Positions 9,284-19,736 are shown, counted from the stretch's first letter. The stretch is 64,000 bases of DNA from Candidatus Altimarinota bacterium (GCA_041242255.1 JBESAV010000001.1:768001-832000); one strand, 5' to 3'. The notes: generated from the sequence alone by a model not told the origin. Translations and numbers: made by a program.

Positions 9284-11278
9284 ATGGATAAAAACAAACA
9301 TATCTCAGCCATACTTAAAAAGATCCCTCACCTTCCAGGTGTTTATAAATTTTTAGATGAAGATGAAAAAGTCATTTATGTAGGTAAAGCCAAAGACCTC
9401 AAAAACAGAGTTTCAAACTACTTTAACAAAAGCGGGGACGAACGCATTCAATTACCTGCCTTATTAGAGAGAGTAGAGGACATTGAGTACATAGTAGTAG
9501 ATTCAGAGCTAGAAGCACTTTTCTTAGAAACCAATCTAATTAAAAAACTCAAGCCCAAGTACAACATCTTAATGAAAGATGACAAAAATTTTGTATACAT
9601 AAAAATCACAACTCAAGAAGAATTCCCAAAACTTTTCATAACCAGAAAAATCCAAAAAGATAAAGCCACCTACATAGGACCATACACTTCTTCAAAAGAC
9701 ATTAGAAAAACCTTCAAGCTAATCAAAGACCTACTCCCATACCCACAATGTGAACTTAGCGTCCAATCAACCAAAAAGGGAAAACATCCAGACAAACCAA
9801 TATGCATATTCAAAGAAATCGACGAAGCCCACTCTCCATGCATATGTGATCTACCAGCCAAAGAATATCAACAACTCATCGACTCAATTATTTCCTTCCT
9901 TAAGGGCAAGCATGATTCCTTACTCAACAAAATAGATTCAAATATGAGACAAGCTGCACAAGAACAAAAATTTGAAAAAGCTGCCAAACTGAGAGATAGA
10001 CTTCTACTTCTAGAAAAAATCCTCGAAAAACAACAAATCACCTCAGCTAATCTAAAAGAAAATATGGATTTAATAGACATTATTCATTCCAATAAAAAGT
10101 TCCTATGTAATGTCTTCCAGGTGAGAAGAGGAAAAGTGGTAAACAACCAAAATCTAGTTCTCTCAGAAAACCAAATCCAAGACGACTCCACATCAAACCT
10201 CTCATTAGCTTTTGCCTCATTTATTCAACAGTATTACTCCGAACACCCAAACCCACCTAAAGAAATCATCATACCTGAACCTTGCAACCAACAAGAGCTA
10301 CTAGAAGCCTACCTAAGTAAAATCTACGAAAAAAAAATCACAATCAAAGTTCCTCAAAAAGGACGTAAAAGAGAACTACTTAAATTAGCTACTAAAAATG
10401 TTGAAAACTTTTCTAAACAAATGAAGGTTAAATGGATGTCACAAGAAGCTAGAAGTTTCGATAAAATTTCTCAAGAACTAAAAGATTTACTTGAACTACC
10501 AAAAAAACCACAAAGACTTGAGTGTTATGATATCTCTCACTTACAAGGGAACCATACTGTAGCCAGCATGGTAGTATTTCATAATGGTGAACCGCTTAAA
10601 TCTCACTACAGAATTTTCAATATTAAATCTCTACAAAAAGGAGATATAGATGATTTCAAAAGTATGAATGAAGTTATATCAAGAAGACTAAAATACCTTA
10701 CTCAAATCCCAAAAGGATTTAAATCTTCCAATAAAAAGAATCAATATATATTAAAAAATCCAGACAAAGAAGCAGTAATCACAATAAATTACGAAATCAC
10801 AGAGAATAAAGACATACTCATCCACGACATACAAGTATCCTCACTCGAACATCTAGTAGTTCCTTTCGTCATAAAGCTTTGCAAAAAATTCAAGCAAAGA
10901 AAAGCTCTAACTGACAATCCAGATCTTAAAAAATTCATGTTTCAATCAATTAAAAACAATCAATACAAATATGGCTTTTACATATCTAAACTGAAACCCG
11001 ATCCTTCCTTCAGCCAAAAACCAGACTTAATCATCATAGATGGAGGAAAAGGACAACTATCCTCAAGCTTAAAAGTTAAACACCAACTCGAGTCCAGCAT
11101 ACCATTCATCAGTTTAGCCAAAAGAAACGAAACTATCTACAACGAAGCGATGGAACCAATACAACTTCCAAACAACTCGCCAACTAGACTACTAGTTCAA
11201 CAACTAAGAGATGAAGCTCATAGATTTGCCATAACCCACAATAGAAAAAGAAGACAAAAAATAAGCCCTAACTCATAA
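9284..11278 (+). CDS. uvrC: Excinuclease ABC subunit C with ~100-aa insertion and no C-terminal HhH2
   Basis: GIY-YIG (PGVYKF..YVGKAKDL), UVR (FEKAAKLRD), ECYDISH, IIDGGKGQL, RDEAHRFA; ATG at 9284 preferred over TTG at 9251. Confidence 0.95.
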   Translation: MDKNKHISAILKKIPHLPGVYKFLDEDEKVIYVGKAKDLKNRVSNYFNKSGDERIQLPALLERVEDIEYIVVDSELEALFLETNLIKKLKPKYNILMKDDKNFVYIKITTQEEFPKLFITRKIQKDKATYIGPYTSSKDIRKTFKLIKDLLPYPQCELSVQSTKKGKHPDKPICIFKEIDEAHSPCICDLPAKEYQQLIDSIISFLKGKHDSLLNKIDSNMRQAAQEQKFEKAAKLRDRLLLLEKILEKQQITSANLKENMDLIDIIHSNKKFLCNVFQVRRGKVVNNQNLVLSENQIQDDSTSNLSLAFASFIQQYYSEHPNPPKEIIIPEPCNQQELLEAYLSKIYEKKITIKVPQKGRKRELLKLATKNVENFSKQMKVKWMSQEARSFDKISQELKDLLELPKKPQRLECYDISHLQGNHTVASMVVFHNGEPLKSHYRIFNIKSLQKGDIDDFKSMNEVISRRLKYLTQIPKGFKSSNKKNQYILKNPDKEAVITINYEITENKDILIHDIQVSSLEHLVVPFVIKLCKKFKQRKALTDNPDLKKFMFQSIKNNQYKYGFYISKLKPDPSFSQKPDLIIIDGGKGQLSSSLKVKHQLESSIPFISLAKRNETIYNEAMEPIQLPNNSPTRLLVQQLRDEAHRFAITHNRKRRQKISPNS

Positions 11279-11311
11279 AAGCTAGAGCTTACAATCTTCA
11301 AAAACTAAATA

Positions 11312-11761
11312 CTAGATATCATAATAATATCCATAGTATTCAACTACATTTCTTGAGTTTCTTGGATAATAAACATTATCATACCTGTATTCATTATAAT
11401 AACTTGGTACGTTATAAACTCTTCTAGTATGAGTCGACTGTCCATAGTTATGCCTAGTAGAAGTATTTACGTACCTTCTAACAGGAACTCTAACCGTTCT
11501 AGTTTCTAGTTTATAATCAGTTTTATAGTAACAATTTCTATAATTCTCGTATCCATAACCATAGTAACCATATTCATGATACCTAGGATAGTAATCATCA
11601 TCACACACATATTTTCTGTAAGGAACGTACTCAGAAACCTCTCTTGCCTCGTAAGTAGTAGTGTAATAACCTTGATCACCATAGTAATGATAAGCCCCAA
11701 CAACAGTTGGTACAGCAACAATCATTACTGCCACCACTGACAACAATAATTTTCTAAACAT
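11312..11761 (-). CDS. Secreted tyrosine-rich protein
   Basis: Signal peptide followed by about 35 Tyr residues and two Cys. Confidence 0.7.
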   Translation of the reverse strand: MFRKLLLSVVAVMIVAVPTVVGAYHYYGDQGYYTTTYEAREVSEYVPYRKYVCDDDYYPRYHEYGYYGYGYENYRNCYYKTDYKLETRTVRVPVRRYVNTSTRHNYGQSTHTRRVYNVPSYYNEYRYDNVYYPRNSRNVVEYYGYYYDI

Positions 11762-11828
11762 ACTTTTAAGTTATTTATTAAAACAACTCGATTATAATAC
11801 AATCAAGATGTATCGCAAACTGTAACAA

Positions 11829-11915
11829 TGGTACTGAAGGAGGGAATCGAACCCTCACTCACTTGCGTGAACGGGATTTTGAGTCCCGCGCGTCTACCAA
11901 TTCCGCCACTTCAGC
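11829..11915 (-). tRNA. tRNA-Leu (CAA), long variable arm, encoded CCA
   Basis: Reverse complement GCTGAAGTGGCGGAATTGGTAGACGCGCGGGACTCAAAATCCCG...GGTTCGATTCCCTCCTTCAGTACCA folds as a class II cloverleaf with anticodon CAA. Confidence 0.97.
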
Positions 11916-11987
11916 CTAAACTCGAAATCTTACATTTCAAATTTTCGAAAGTAATGTAACATTAAACAAACCTTTAAGTCCAGCCCA

Positions 11988-13739
11988 TTGCATACAATTT
12001 TGAAAAGACTTTCCATACCAGAATTAGTGCTAACTGGAACCTTCATAGCTCTAAATTTCTTGAATACTGAGTACAATATTAAAGCTATTTTACTTTTACC
12101 AGTTTCAATTTTAACAATAGCGCTATACCAAAAATACAAAAAATCTAGTTTACAAGTTCCCAAAAAAATCTTGTGGATAACTTTACTATATTTAATTGTC
12201 TCAATTATTTCTTATTTTCTGAGTAAAACACCCAATGTAGGATTAGCCGAAATAACTCAAGATTTTAACTCTCTTTTTTTACTGATACTGCTTATATCTA
12301 CAAAAAAAGATTTATTAAATCTTAAAAAGCTTTCATACAAACTCGCATCTCTCAATATAGTCATTCAGTCTACACTAATACTATATCAAGTCTTTCACCT
12401 AGCATCAGAAAGGGGATATGGATCGTTTTTAAGCTTCTTTGACCATCGATTAATCTACCCCAATGCTACAGCTTTATCCTTACTCTTATCAATCTTTACC
12501 ATCCAGACCAGCAAGCCAACCAAGCTTCAAATCTTCCTAACTCTCCTAGGTACAATCGGCTTACTATTTACATACTCACGTGGAGCAATCATTGCTTTTA
12601 CTCTATGTTCAATTTTATACCTAGTTATTCAGCTAGCTCAACAAAATCTAAAAGATTCAATTCAAAAATTAGTAACAATTTTCATTGCAGTAATCATCTT
12701 CGCATCATCAAATCTTATTGTTGAATCGCAAAATAGTAACCTCTCTCAAAAATTCACCTTTCAAGGAACAGAACAAATCACATCCGTCCAAGAACGCTTA
12801 CAATTTTTTAAGACAGCTCCTGAGTTATGGATGGACCACCCAGTAGTAGGATACGGTCCATACTCTTACAAATACATTTTCCCTACTGTACAAGATATAC
12901 CTTTATCAAACTCCCAACACCCTCACAACATCTTCCTAAAAGTACAAATAGAAAGAGGAACAGTAGCTACTATCATTTTTATAGGGCTAATTATCACACT
13001 CTTAATGCCAATCATTAAAAACAAAACATATTTAACCCAAACAGGCCCTCTACTAGCAATAAGCGCAGCAATTCTACACAGTCAAATCGACTACAATTTC
13101 AACCTTCCTTTAAACTCTTTTTTACTTATAATTATTCTCTCCAGCCTTTTCCAAAACTACAACTTCAAAATAAGTAAGGCTCCTTTCATCTCAATTATTT
13201 CAATATTACCTTTAACAGCTTTACTTTTTACCTATCACCTTACTTACAAATCACCTCATATTTCTCTATTAAAATTGGACGATATAAATTACCAAGACAC
13301 CCTCATAAAAGCCTCCATTCAAAGCCAAAGTATCACCTCACAAATCCAACTAGCCTCAAAACACACAACCCTAAACCCTTATGACTCCTACGCCTTCAAC
13401 TATCTAGGTGATCTATACGAACAAAACTTAAACTATCAAGCTGCTATTCAAGCCTACCAAAAAAGTATAGCAATAAACCCAAAAAACTATTGGTACCCCT
13501 ACAGCAAAATAACTAAGTATTCCAAAGCATATGAATTCCAAAAAGTTCTTCAGAACTTACAAGAATACAACAATGCCGCCAAACAGAATCTTCACTTCAC
13601 AAGCCAATCACAAAACATAAACTATGCCATCCAAACAACTCAGAACCTTCTAAATGATCCAAACATTCAAGACAAAAATCAACTAAATGAAATATACAAA
13701 GAATTATTGCAATCTCGCGAACGCTTCAGCAGCAGTTAA
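11988..13739 (+). CDS. O-antigen ligase (Wzy_C) family membrane protein with C-terminal TPR
   Basis: YPNA, TYSRGA, ERLQFF, HPVVGYGP, HPHNIFL; TPR AFNYLGDLY...AIQAYQKSIAINP; start codon uncertain. Confidence 0.85.
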   Translation: MHTILKRLSIPELVLTGTFIALNFLNTEYNIKAILLLPVSILTIALYQKYKKSSLQVPKKILWITLLYLIVSIISYFLSKTPNVGLAEITQDFNSLFLLILLISTKKDLLNLKKLSYKLASLNIVIQSTLILYQVFHLASERGYGSFLSFFDHRLIYPNATALSLLLSIFTIQTSKPTKLQIFLTLLGTIGLLFTYSRGAIIAFTLCSILYLVIQLAQQNLKDSIQKLVTIFIAVIIFASSNLIVESQNSNLSQKFTFQGTEQITSVQERLQFFKTAPELWMDHPVVGYGPYSYKYIFPTVQDIPLSNSQHPHNIFLKVQIERGTVATIIFIGLIITLLMPIIKNKTYLTQTGPLLAISAAILHSQIDYNFNLPLNSFLLIIILSSLFQNYNFKISKAPFISIISILPLTALLFTYHLTYKSPHISLLKLDDINYQDTLIKASIQSQSITSQIQLASKHTTLNPYDSYAFNYLGDLYEQNLNYQAAIQAYQKSIAINPKNYWYPYSKITKYSKAYEFQKVLQNLQEYNNAAKQNLHFTSQSQNINYAIQTTQNLLNDPNIQDKNQLNEIYKELLQSRERFSSS

Positions 13740-14135
13740 AACATCTCTAGCGTTATCAAAAGTTAATTTTTTCAAAGCATCCTCATAAAAATACCAACCA
13801 AATCCTTGATGCTCATGAGATATTTTTATCTTTGACTCAGGCATTTCAGTTTTACCTAAAAAGTAATCAACTGTTTTTTTATGTAAAAATCCATGACCTT
13901 TGTACTCATAATACATCGGCACCATTAAGCCATCATATACATAGACATCATCTATTCCTGTTTCTTCTTCTAATTCTCGTATAGCTGCTTCTTTAGGAGT
14001 TTCTCCATCTTCTAAATGACCTTTGGCATAGTCCCAATGACCACTTGGATAATGCAGTAATAGATACTTGCGCTTACCATCTTTAGATTCTCTAAAAACA
14101 ACTACTCCAGCAGAGTGATGATCCTTAACTTTCAT
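13704..14135 (-). CDS. Nudix hydrolase, asymmetric Ap4A hydrolase-like
   Basis: GHWDYAKGHLEDGETPKEAAIRELEEETG Nudix box; ISHEH motif. Confidence 0.88.
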   Translation of the reverse strand: MKVKDHHSAGVVVFRESKDGKRKYLLLHYPSGHWDYAKGHLEDGETPKEAAIRELEEETGIDDVYVYDGLMVPMYYEYKGHGFLHKKTVDYFLGKTEMPESKIKISHEHQGFGWYFYEDALKKLTFDNARDVLTAAEAFARLQ

Positions 14136-14148
14136 AAATTTTTTTATA

Positions 14149-14799
14149 TTACTTTAACATATAACCAGTATTAGGGATTGTATGCAATAACTTCTCATCA
14201 TAATTTCTATCCATTTTATCTCTCAAACGACAAATATGAACCTCCACTGTCTTAGAAGATACCAATGAATTCATATCCCACACCTCCTCCAATATCCTTT
14301 CTTTACTTAAAATTTTACCATTATTATCCATCAGATATTTCAATAGACGATACTCCATATTCTTAAGACCCAGAACATTCCCAGCTCTAGAAATTGTCCT
14401 AGAATCCTTATCCAATATTAGGTTCTTATAACATTGTTTGTGTATTTTATCTTTCTTCAAAAACCATTCCAAATTCAAGCAAAATTCATTCATATCTAGA
14501 GGAAGGTAGTAATAATCCAAAACACTATATTCAAAAAACAAATGCTTTCTCCTCATACAAAACTCTTCATCCACCACAACTATCCTTCCTTCATAAAAAA
14601 AGCTTATATTAGTCAAAAACATCTCAATATCTTTTAAGTTAGTTTCATCAACTCCTATCAAGATAATTTCATAATCTTTATATCTAAAATCAGCCAAAAT
14701 ATCATATCTCATCTCACATACCACAACACCTTTTTTACCCAAACTAGATCCAAAACCTTCAAACTTACCCACAGGTTTCAAAAAAGCAACATTATTCAT
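14149..14799 (-). CDS. OmpR/PhoB-family regulator with degenerate receiver domain
   Basis: C-terminal winged helix EYRLLKYLM..GKILSKERILEEVW..TVEVHICRLRDK..HTIPNTGY; start may be further upstream (to 14853). Confidence 0.85.
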   Translation of the reverse strand: MNNVAFLKPVGKFEGFGSSLGKKGVVVCEMRYDILADFRYKDYEIILIGVDETNLKDIEMFLTNISFFYEGRIVVVDEEFCMRRKHLFFEYSVLDYYYLPLDMNEFCLNLEWFLKKDKIHKQCYKNLILDKDSRTISRAGNVLGLKNMEYRLLKYLMDNNGKILSKERILEEVWDMNSLVSSKTVEVHICRLRDKMDRNYDEKLLHTIPNTGYMLK

Positions 14800-14977
14800 A
14801 ATTAAACAGTTAAACTTCATTAATAATAATTGCATTGACGCAAATAAAAACACCCCAATTCTAAAATTAATAATTTTACTGATAAAACAGACAACTCAAT
14901 TGTCGTCCTAAAAAAACAACAAATACCTAAATCATTCCAAGTAAATCCTATATTATATATTCAAATAACTTAAAATC

Positions 14978-16282
14978 ATGAAAAAACTAAGCTCACTTTT
15001 CCTAATATTATCTTCTTTATTTTTAATAGCTTGCCAACAAGAGCCACAACTCCCAACAACCAACTTGGTCTACTACAAGCTTTATGAAAACAGTCCAAAT
15101 TTCACAAATCTTTTAAACGAATACCAAAAAGCAAACCCAAACATAAACATTATTTTTAAAAACTTCACAGATCCTGAAGTATATTACGATACAATCGTAA
15201 ACGAAATTGCTGAGGGTAGGGGACCTGACATTTTATCAGTTCACAATACATGGGTTGCACCAAACTATGCTAAACTATCTCCAGCACCATCAAACTTGGT
15301 AAGCGTTGAAGACTATCAAAACATCTTCGTAGGACAGGCCTACCAAGACAATGTACTCTCCATTAATCAAACGGAGCAAGTTTATGGTATACCACTTCAA
15401 ATGGATAATTTAGCCCTTTACTATAACCAAAACCACTTTGAGCAAACACTTCCTCAAGACGGAAGACCAGGTCAAACATGGACAGAAATACAAAACCAAT
15501 CTAGATCACTTACCAACACTTCATCACAAAGATCAGGAGTTGCACTAGGTGATGGAAGCTCAATTCTAAGGTCAATGGATACATTCTACAATCTGGCTTT
15601 ACAAACAAACAGCAACTTCTACGACAGATCCCTAACCGAATCAGAAATGTCCCAAAGCCAAGAAATTCAAGATACTTTAGATTTCATCACTTCATTCTCA
15701 GATCCAGAAAATGACAATTACACCTGGAACCCAAACCTCTCATACAATGAAAAGGAATTAGCCAGCTTCATTCAAGGTGACACCTCCATGATTTTTGGTT
15801 ACACATACCTTTATCAAGAGTTACAATCCCTCATAAACACATATCAAAGACAAGGAGTTGAAACTATAGATATTTCAGACATAAAGATTTCTACATCTCC
15901 TCAAGTTGACACAGAACAACCTACAGTATTTGCAAATTATTACACCGAAACTGTTTCCAGAAATTCACAAAATCCAGAAGCAGCCTGGTCACTGATCGGA
16001 TATCTAAGCTCCAGAAATAGCCTAGAAAGCTATTACGATAACAACTTTAAATTATCACCAAGAAGAGACATGGTTGAATCACAAAGTCAAAATAGAATCT
16101 TCAACCCATTTGTACAACAAATTGGAATAACACAATCTCTCCCAATCATAGATCAAGAAAAACAAAAAAACATAATTAAAGAAATGATAGACAATTACCC
16201 AACCAACGGGGTACAGTCGATCCAAAACGCAGATAGAAAAATCAATACACTAATTCAAGGACGTGCTCTCCGCCCAAATTAA
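14978..16282 (+). CDS. Extracellular solute-binding lipoprotein (sugar-binding family 1-like)
   Basis: Lipobox LIAC; GRGPDIL, YGIPLQMDNLALYYN, TWTE, AAWSLI. Confidence 0.85.
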   Translation: MKKLSSLFLILSSLFLIACQQEPQLPTTNLVYYKLYENSPNFTNLLNEYQKANPNINIIFKNFTDPEVYYDTIVNEIAEGRGPDILSVHNTWVAPNYAKLSPAPSNLVSVEDYQNIFVGQAYQDNVLSINQTEQVYGIPLQMDNLALYYNQNHFEQTLPQDGRPGQTWTEIQNQSRSLTNTSSQRSGVALGDGSSILRSMDTFYNLALQTNSNFYDRSLTESEMSQSQEIQDTLDFITSFSDPENDNYTWNPNLSYNEKELASFIQGDTSMIFGYTYLYQELQSLINTYQRQGVETIDISDIKISTSPQVDTEQPTVFANYYTETVSRNSQNPEAAWSLIGYLSSRNSLESYYDNNFKLSPRRDMVESQSQNRIFNPFVQQIGITQSLPIIDQEKQKNIIKEMIDNYPTNGVQSIQNADRKINTLIQGRALRPN

Positions 16283-17321
16283 AAAACTTCCAGAAATTTC
16301 AAATCTTCTAAATCATATAACCCTAGTTACAGCTTTAACTGGGGTTTATATCCAATTACAGTTTCCAAGCTTTTTTCTAGGAAAAAGCTCACTTTTTGCT
16401 CAAACTATTTTACCAGTTTGGTCAGCTCTAGTTCTTATAAATAGTCTGCTTATTTTTAGTACCTCCAAATCTAAAGACTTAAAAATTATCCCAAAGAACA
16501 AAATCCAACAATCCCTTTTACTTTTTGCCACACTCACGACTCTATTTTCATTTATCAGTTATTCTCAAAACATACTTTGGTATTTCTCTGGAGCACTCCT
16601 GATTTTAAATTTACAACAATCTAAAATTAAAAAACTTCAAAAAACTTTCTTCTTTTCAACACTTGCAATAGCTCTTATCGCAATCACCCAATTCTTTCTC
16701 CAAACTGACCTAAACTTACATTTCCTAGGAGAACCAATAATTAGCTCGTCCACAAAAGGAATATCAAAACTATCGAACGGAATAGTAAGATCTTATGGAC
16801 TATCCCAGCACCCAAACATTTTAGGAGCTATATTAACACTTTCAACCTACTTATCACCTTACCCAAGTAAATACCTATCCACCCAATTCCTAGGACTATT
16901 CACTACTTTTTCACTGTCCAATTGGATAGCAACAGGAGAAAAGTTCATTCAGAAAAAAACACACATCATACCAATTTCAATTTTACTTCTAATCATAATG
17001 ATAATCTTAAAGTCACCAGAATTTCTAATCGAAAGACTTCAACAGATCACCAACATAATATACAACCCATTTCAAAACAAACCTTGGCAAAACCAACCTA
17101 TACACAATACCTTCCTTCTAAGCTTACTCAAATTCGGACCAATCCATACTGTTAGTCTTCTATTTTTGTTATTCCAATTTAAAGACGAACAAAAAAACCT
17201 ACTTATAGCTTTAATCATACTTATGCTAACTGATCATTTCTTCCTAACCAGCTTTCAAGCATATCCTATATTTTTAGTTAGTATCTATTTAGCTTCAGCA
17301 CCAACAAATAAAGCCTCGTAA
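16263..17321 (+). CDS. O-antigen-ligase-like membrane protein (divergent)
   Basis: RSYGLSQHPNILG, QPIHNTFLL..FG, DHFF motifs; hydrophobic. Confidence 0.7.
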   Translation: MLSAQIKKLPEISNLLNHITLVTALTGVYIQLQFPSFFLGKSSLFAQTILPVWSALVLINSLLIFSTSKSKDLKIIPKNKIQQSLLLFATLTTLFSFISYSQNILWYFSGALLILNLQQSKIKKLQKTFFFSTLAIALIAITQFFLQTDLNLHFLGEPIISSSTKGISKLSNGIVRSYGLSQHPNILGAILTLSTYLSPYPSKYLSTQFLGLFTTFSLSNWIATGEKFIQKKTHIIPISILLLIIMIILKSPEFLIERLQQITNIIYNPFQNKPWQNQPIHNTFLLSLLKFGPIHTVSLLFLLFQFKDEQKNLLIALIILMLTDHFFLTSFQAYPIFLVSIYLASAPTNKAS

Positions 17322-18208
17322 CCTCTCCACATCTCATCAGCAGACATCACTTGTTTACCTTCAACTTGTATTTTACTTATACCCAAAACTCCATTTGAAG
17401 TCCCAACCACTATTTTTCCGTCCTTCATAACAAAGCTACCACTTTCTACTACTTCATTAGATACTTCACATTCATGAACAATAAATCTCTTACCATCCAT
17501 AAAGAAATATATTTTAGGCCAAAAATAGTAAGCTCGATACTTATTCCATATCTCTACAGCTGACTCCTTCATAAAATCAACCTCAGCATCAGACTTATTA
17601 ATTTTTCCACAATAAGTTGCTTTATCGTGATCCTGCTCCATTGGAGTTGTTCCATTTTCATACACATCTCTTAATGTATCAATTAATGCTTCAGCACCAA
17701 GCTTAGCTAACTTTTCGTACAATAGAGGAGCCACATCTTCTTTCTCTATCTTATACTCAACAATCTTATAAATGGCACCAGCATCCATAGCTTTAACCAT
17801 ACGCATAATTGTAACACCAGTTTTTTCTACACCATCAAGCAAAGCTGATTGAATAGGGGAGGCACCTCTATACTTTGGAAGAATAGATCCATGAACATTA
17901 ATACAATCTATCTTAGGTGCATCCAATACGTATTCCTTCAGCAAAACTCCATAATCAGCCACTACCACAAAATCAGCCTCTCCCAAATCAACCTGATCAA
18001 CTATCATTTTAGAAGTACTAGCTTCATATACCTTCACTCCAAGTTCATTCGCTAAGTAGAAAACTGGTGTTCCTTTCAACTCCTTCTTTCTTCCTACTTC
18101 CTTTTTAAGCTGAGTTACGACACTCAAGACTTCTATATCTTCAGCACTTACTAAAGCTCTCAATTGCTCACAAGCAAAGCCTCCTGATCCCATAAAAATA
18201 ACTTTCAT
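17285..18208 (-). CDS. fmt: Methionyl-tRNA formyltransferase
   Basis: MKVIFMGS, INVHGSILPKYRGASPIQ, MDAG. Confidence 0.96.
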   Translation of the reverse strand: MKVIFMGSGGFACEQLRALVSAEDIEVLSVVTQLKKEVGRKKELKGTPVFYLANELGVKVYEASTSKMIVDQVDLGEADFVVVADYGVLLKEYVLDAPKIDCINVHGSILPKYRGASPIQSALLDGVEKTGVTIMRMVKAMDAGAIYKIVEYKIEKEDVAPLLYEKLAKLGAEALIDTLRDVYENGTTPMEQDHDKATYCGKINKSDAEVDFMKESAVEIWNKYRAYYFWPKIYFFMDGKRFIVHECEVSNEVVESGSFVMKDGKIVVGTSNGVLGISKIQVEGKQVMSADEMWRGYEALFVGAEAK

Positions 18209-18301
18209 CCAAATACCTTAATTTCTCATAGAATACACACAAAAGGGTTTACAAACAATCAATTTTCTATATAATCCATCACTAAACAGTTTATCAAATT
18301 T

Positions 18302-19267
18302 ATGACTTTACCTAACAAAGACCAGCTTTTCATAGAACTACTCCAACAACTAAAACAAAGCCAAAAAGTTGTAATAATATCTCACAATAGACCAGATGGA
18401 GATACAACAGGAAGCAATCTAGCTTTGAGACTTTTACTTGAAGACATGGGTAAAGAAGTGGTTTCAGCTTGTGCTGATCCAGTTCCAGAAAATTTTCATT
18501 TCTTACCAAAAGTAGAACAATTCACCCAAGAGTTCCTCCTAGAAGATTTCGATACTGTCATTATTGTTGATGCAGGAGCTAGACACTTAGTTAGGTTTTT
18601 TGACATCTATCCAGAATTAACTAGAACTCGTAAACCTATCATTTGTATTGATCACCATTTCTCAAATAATAAATTTGGAACTCTAAACATAATCGATCCC
18701 GAAGAAACTTCTACCACAAGTCTTCTTTATAAGTTTTTCACAGAAACCGATCAAAAGATCACACCAGATATCGCTACATGCTTACTAAATGGTATCTATA
18801 CCGATACAGGAAGCTTCATGCATAGCAACACTACACCTGAAACTATGAAAATCGCCAGTGAACTTATCAAGAAAGGTGCAAACTTCAAACATATATCAAA
18901 ATACAACTTCAAAACCAAAAAAACTAAAAACCTAAAACTAATCGGTGAAGTACTAGATAATCTATCCTTAAACTCCAACAACGTAGTAGTTGGTGCCGTA
19001 GACCAAGAAACATTCGAAAAATACGAGGCAACCTCTGAAGATCTTGCTGGTGTAGCAGATATGATAAGTAGTGTTCCCTCGACTGACTATAGTATGTTAT
19101 TAACCGAAGCTAAAGATGGAAAAGTTAAAGCCTCTCTCAGGACAAGAAAAGACGATGTTAATGTAGCCAAAATCGCCGAACAATACGGAGGAGGGGGGCA
19201 TGCAAAAGCAGCTGGTTTTAAAACAGATGCAAAATTAGTCAAAAAAGTTACTTGGGAAATCGAGTAA
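18302..19267 (+). CDS. nrnA: DHH/DHHA1 phosphoesterase (NrnA-like oligoribonuclease/pAp phosphatase)
   Basis: HNRPDGD, IDHH, TDTGSF, GGGGHAKAAG. Confidence 0.92.
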   Translation: MTLPNKDQLFIELLQQLKQSQKVVIISHNRPDGDTTGSNLALRLLLEDMGKEVVSACADPVPENFHFLPKVEQFTQEFLLEDFDTVIIVDAGARHLVRFFDIYPELTRTRKPIICIDHHFSNNKFGTLNIIDPEETSTTSLLYKFFTETDQKITPDIATCLLNGIYTDTGSFMHSNTTPETMKIASELIKKGANFKHISKYNFKTKKTKNLKLIGEVLDNLSLNSNNVVVGAVDQETFEKYEATSEDLAGVADMISSVPSTDYSMLLTEAKDGKVKASLRTRKDDVNVAKIAEQYGGGGHAKAAGFKTDAKLVKKVTWEIE

Positions 19268-19328
19268 CATATAATTTACAAAGACCTATACAATCTTTAC
19301 TATATCCAAAAGTAAAGAGTCATTACCA

Positions 19329-19736
19329 ATGTTCAAAAAATATTTTCTACCTCTAATTGTTTTCTGCTCAATCTCATTAACAACCCTTACATTAATCATA
19401 ACCAGAATGAGTCCTTGTAGAGAATATGGTAACTCTAGTATTTGTTCAGAAATTCTGCCAATCAACCATATCTTCCTCTACTTAAGTATAGCTATTTTCC
19501 TTGGAAGTTTATTTTCAATCATTACTTTCTGGCTAAGACAAAGAAGCTCACAAAGCGAAAATCTAGACCATTACTTCAACACAAGTTTAAGACAAGGAGT
19601 ACTATTCTCGTTATTTAGCACAACCTGCGTATTCTTTCTTTCACTGGGAATATTAAAATGGTGGACATCACTACTACTTCTAGTTCTTGTTATACTTACT
19701 GAATTCCTAAGTCTACAAAGAAAGCCTTTTAGCTAA
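19329..19736 (+). CDS. Small multi-TM membrane protein
   Basis: Four hydrophobic segments; SLRQG motif. Confidence 0.7.
   Translation: MFKKYFLPLIVFCSISLTTLTLIITRMSPCREYGNSSICSEILPINHIFLYLSIAIFLGSLFSIITFWLRQRSSQSENLDHYFNTSLRQGVLFSLFSTTCVFFLSLGILKWWTSLLLLVLVILTEFLSLQRKPFS

Noticed and set aside
11809-11826. GTTACA/GATACA direct repeat upstream of the Tyr-rich gene as an OmpR-type box
   Set aside because: Only two imperfect half-sites with 12-bp periodicity; not distinguishable from chance
11312-11915. Integrated element at the tRNA-Leu 3' end
   Set aside because: No duplicated tRNA 3' fragment or integrase seen; only one small gene separates the tRNA from uvrC
12172-12180. Perfect DnaA box (TGTGGATAA)
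   Set aside because: Single copy inside a coding region, far from dnaA; expected by chance
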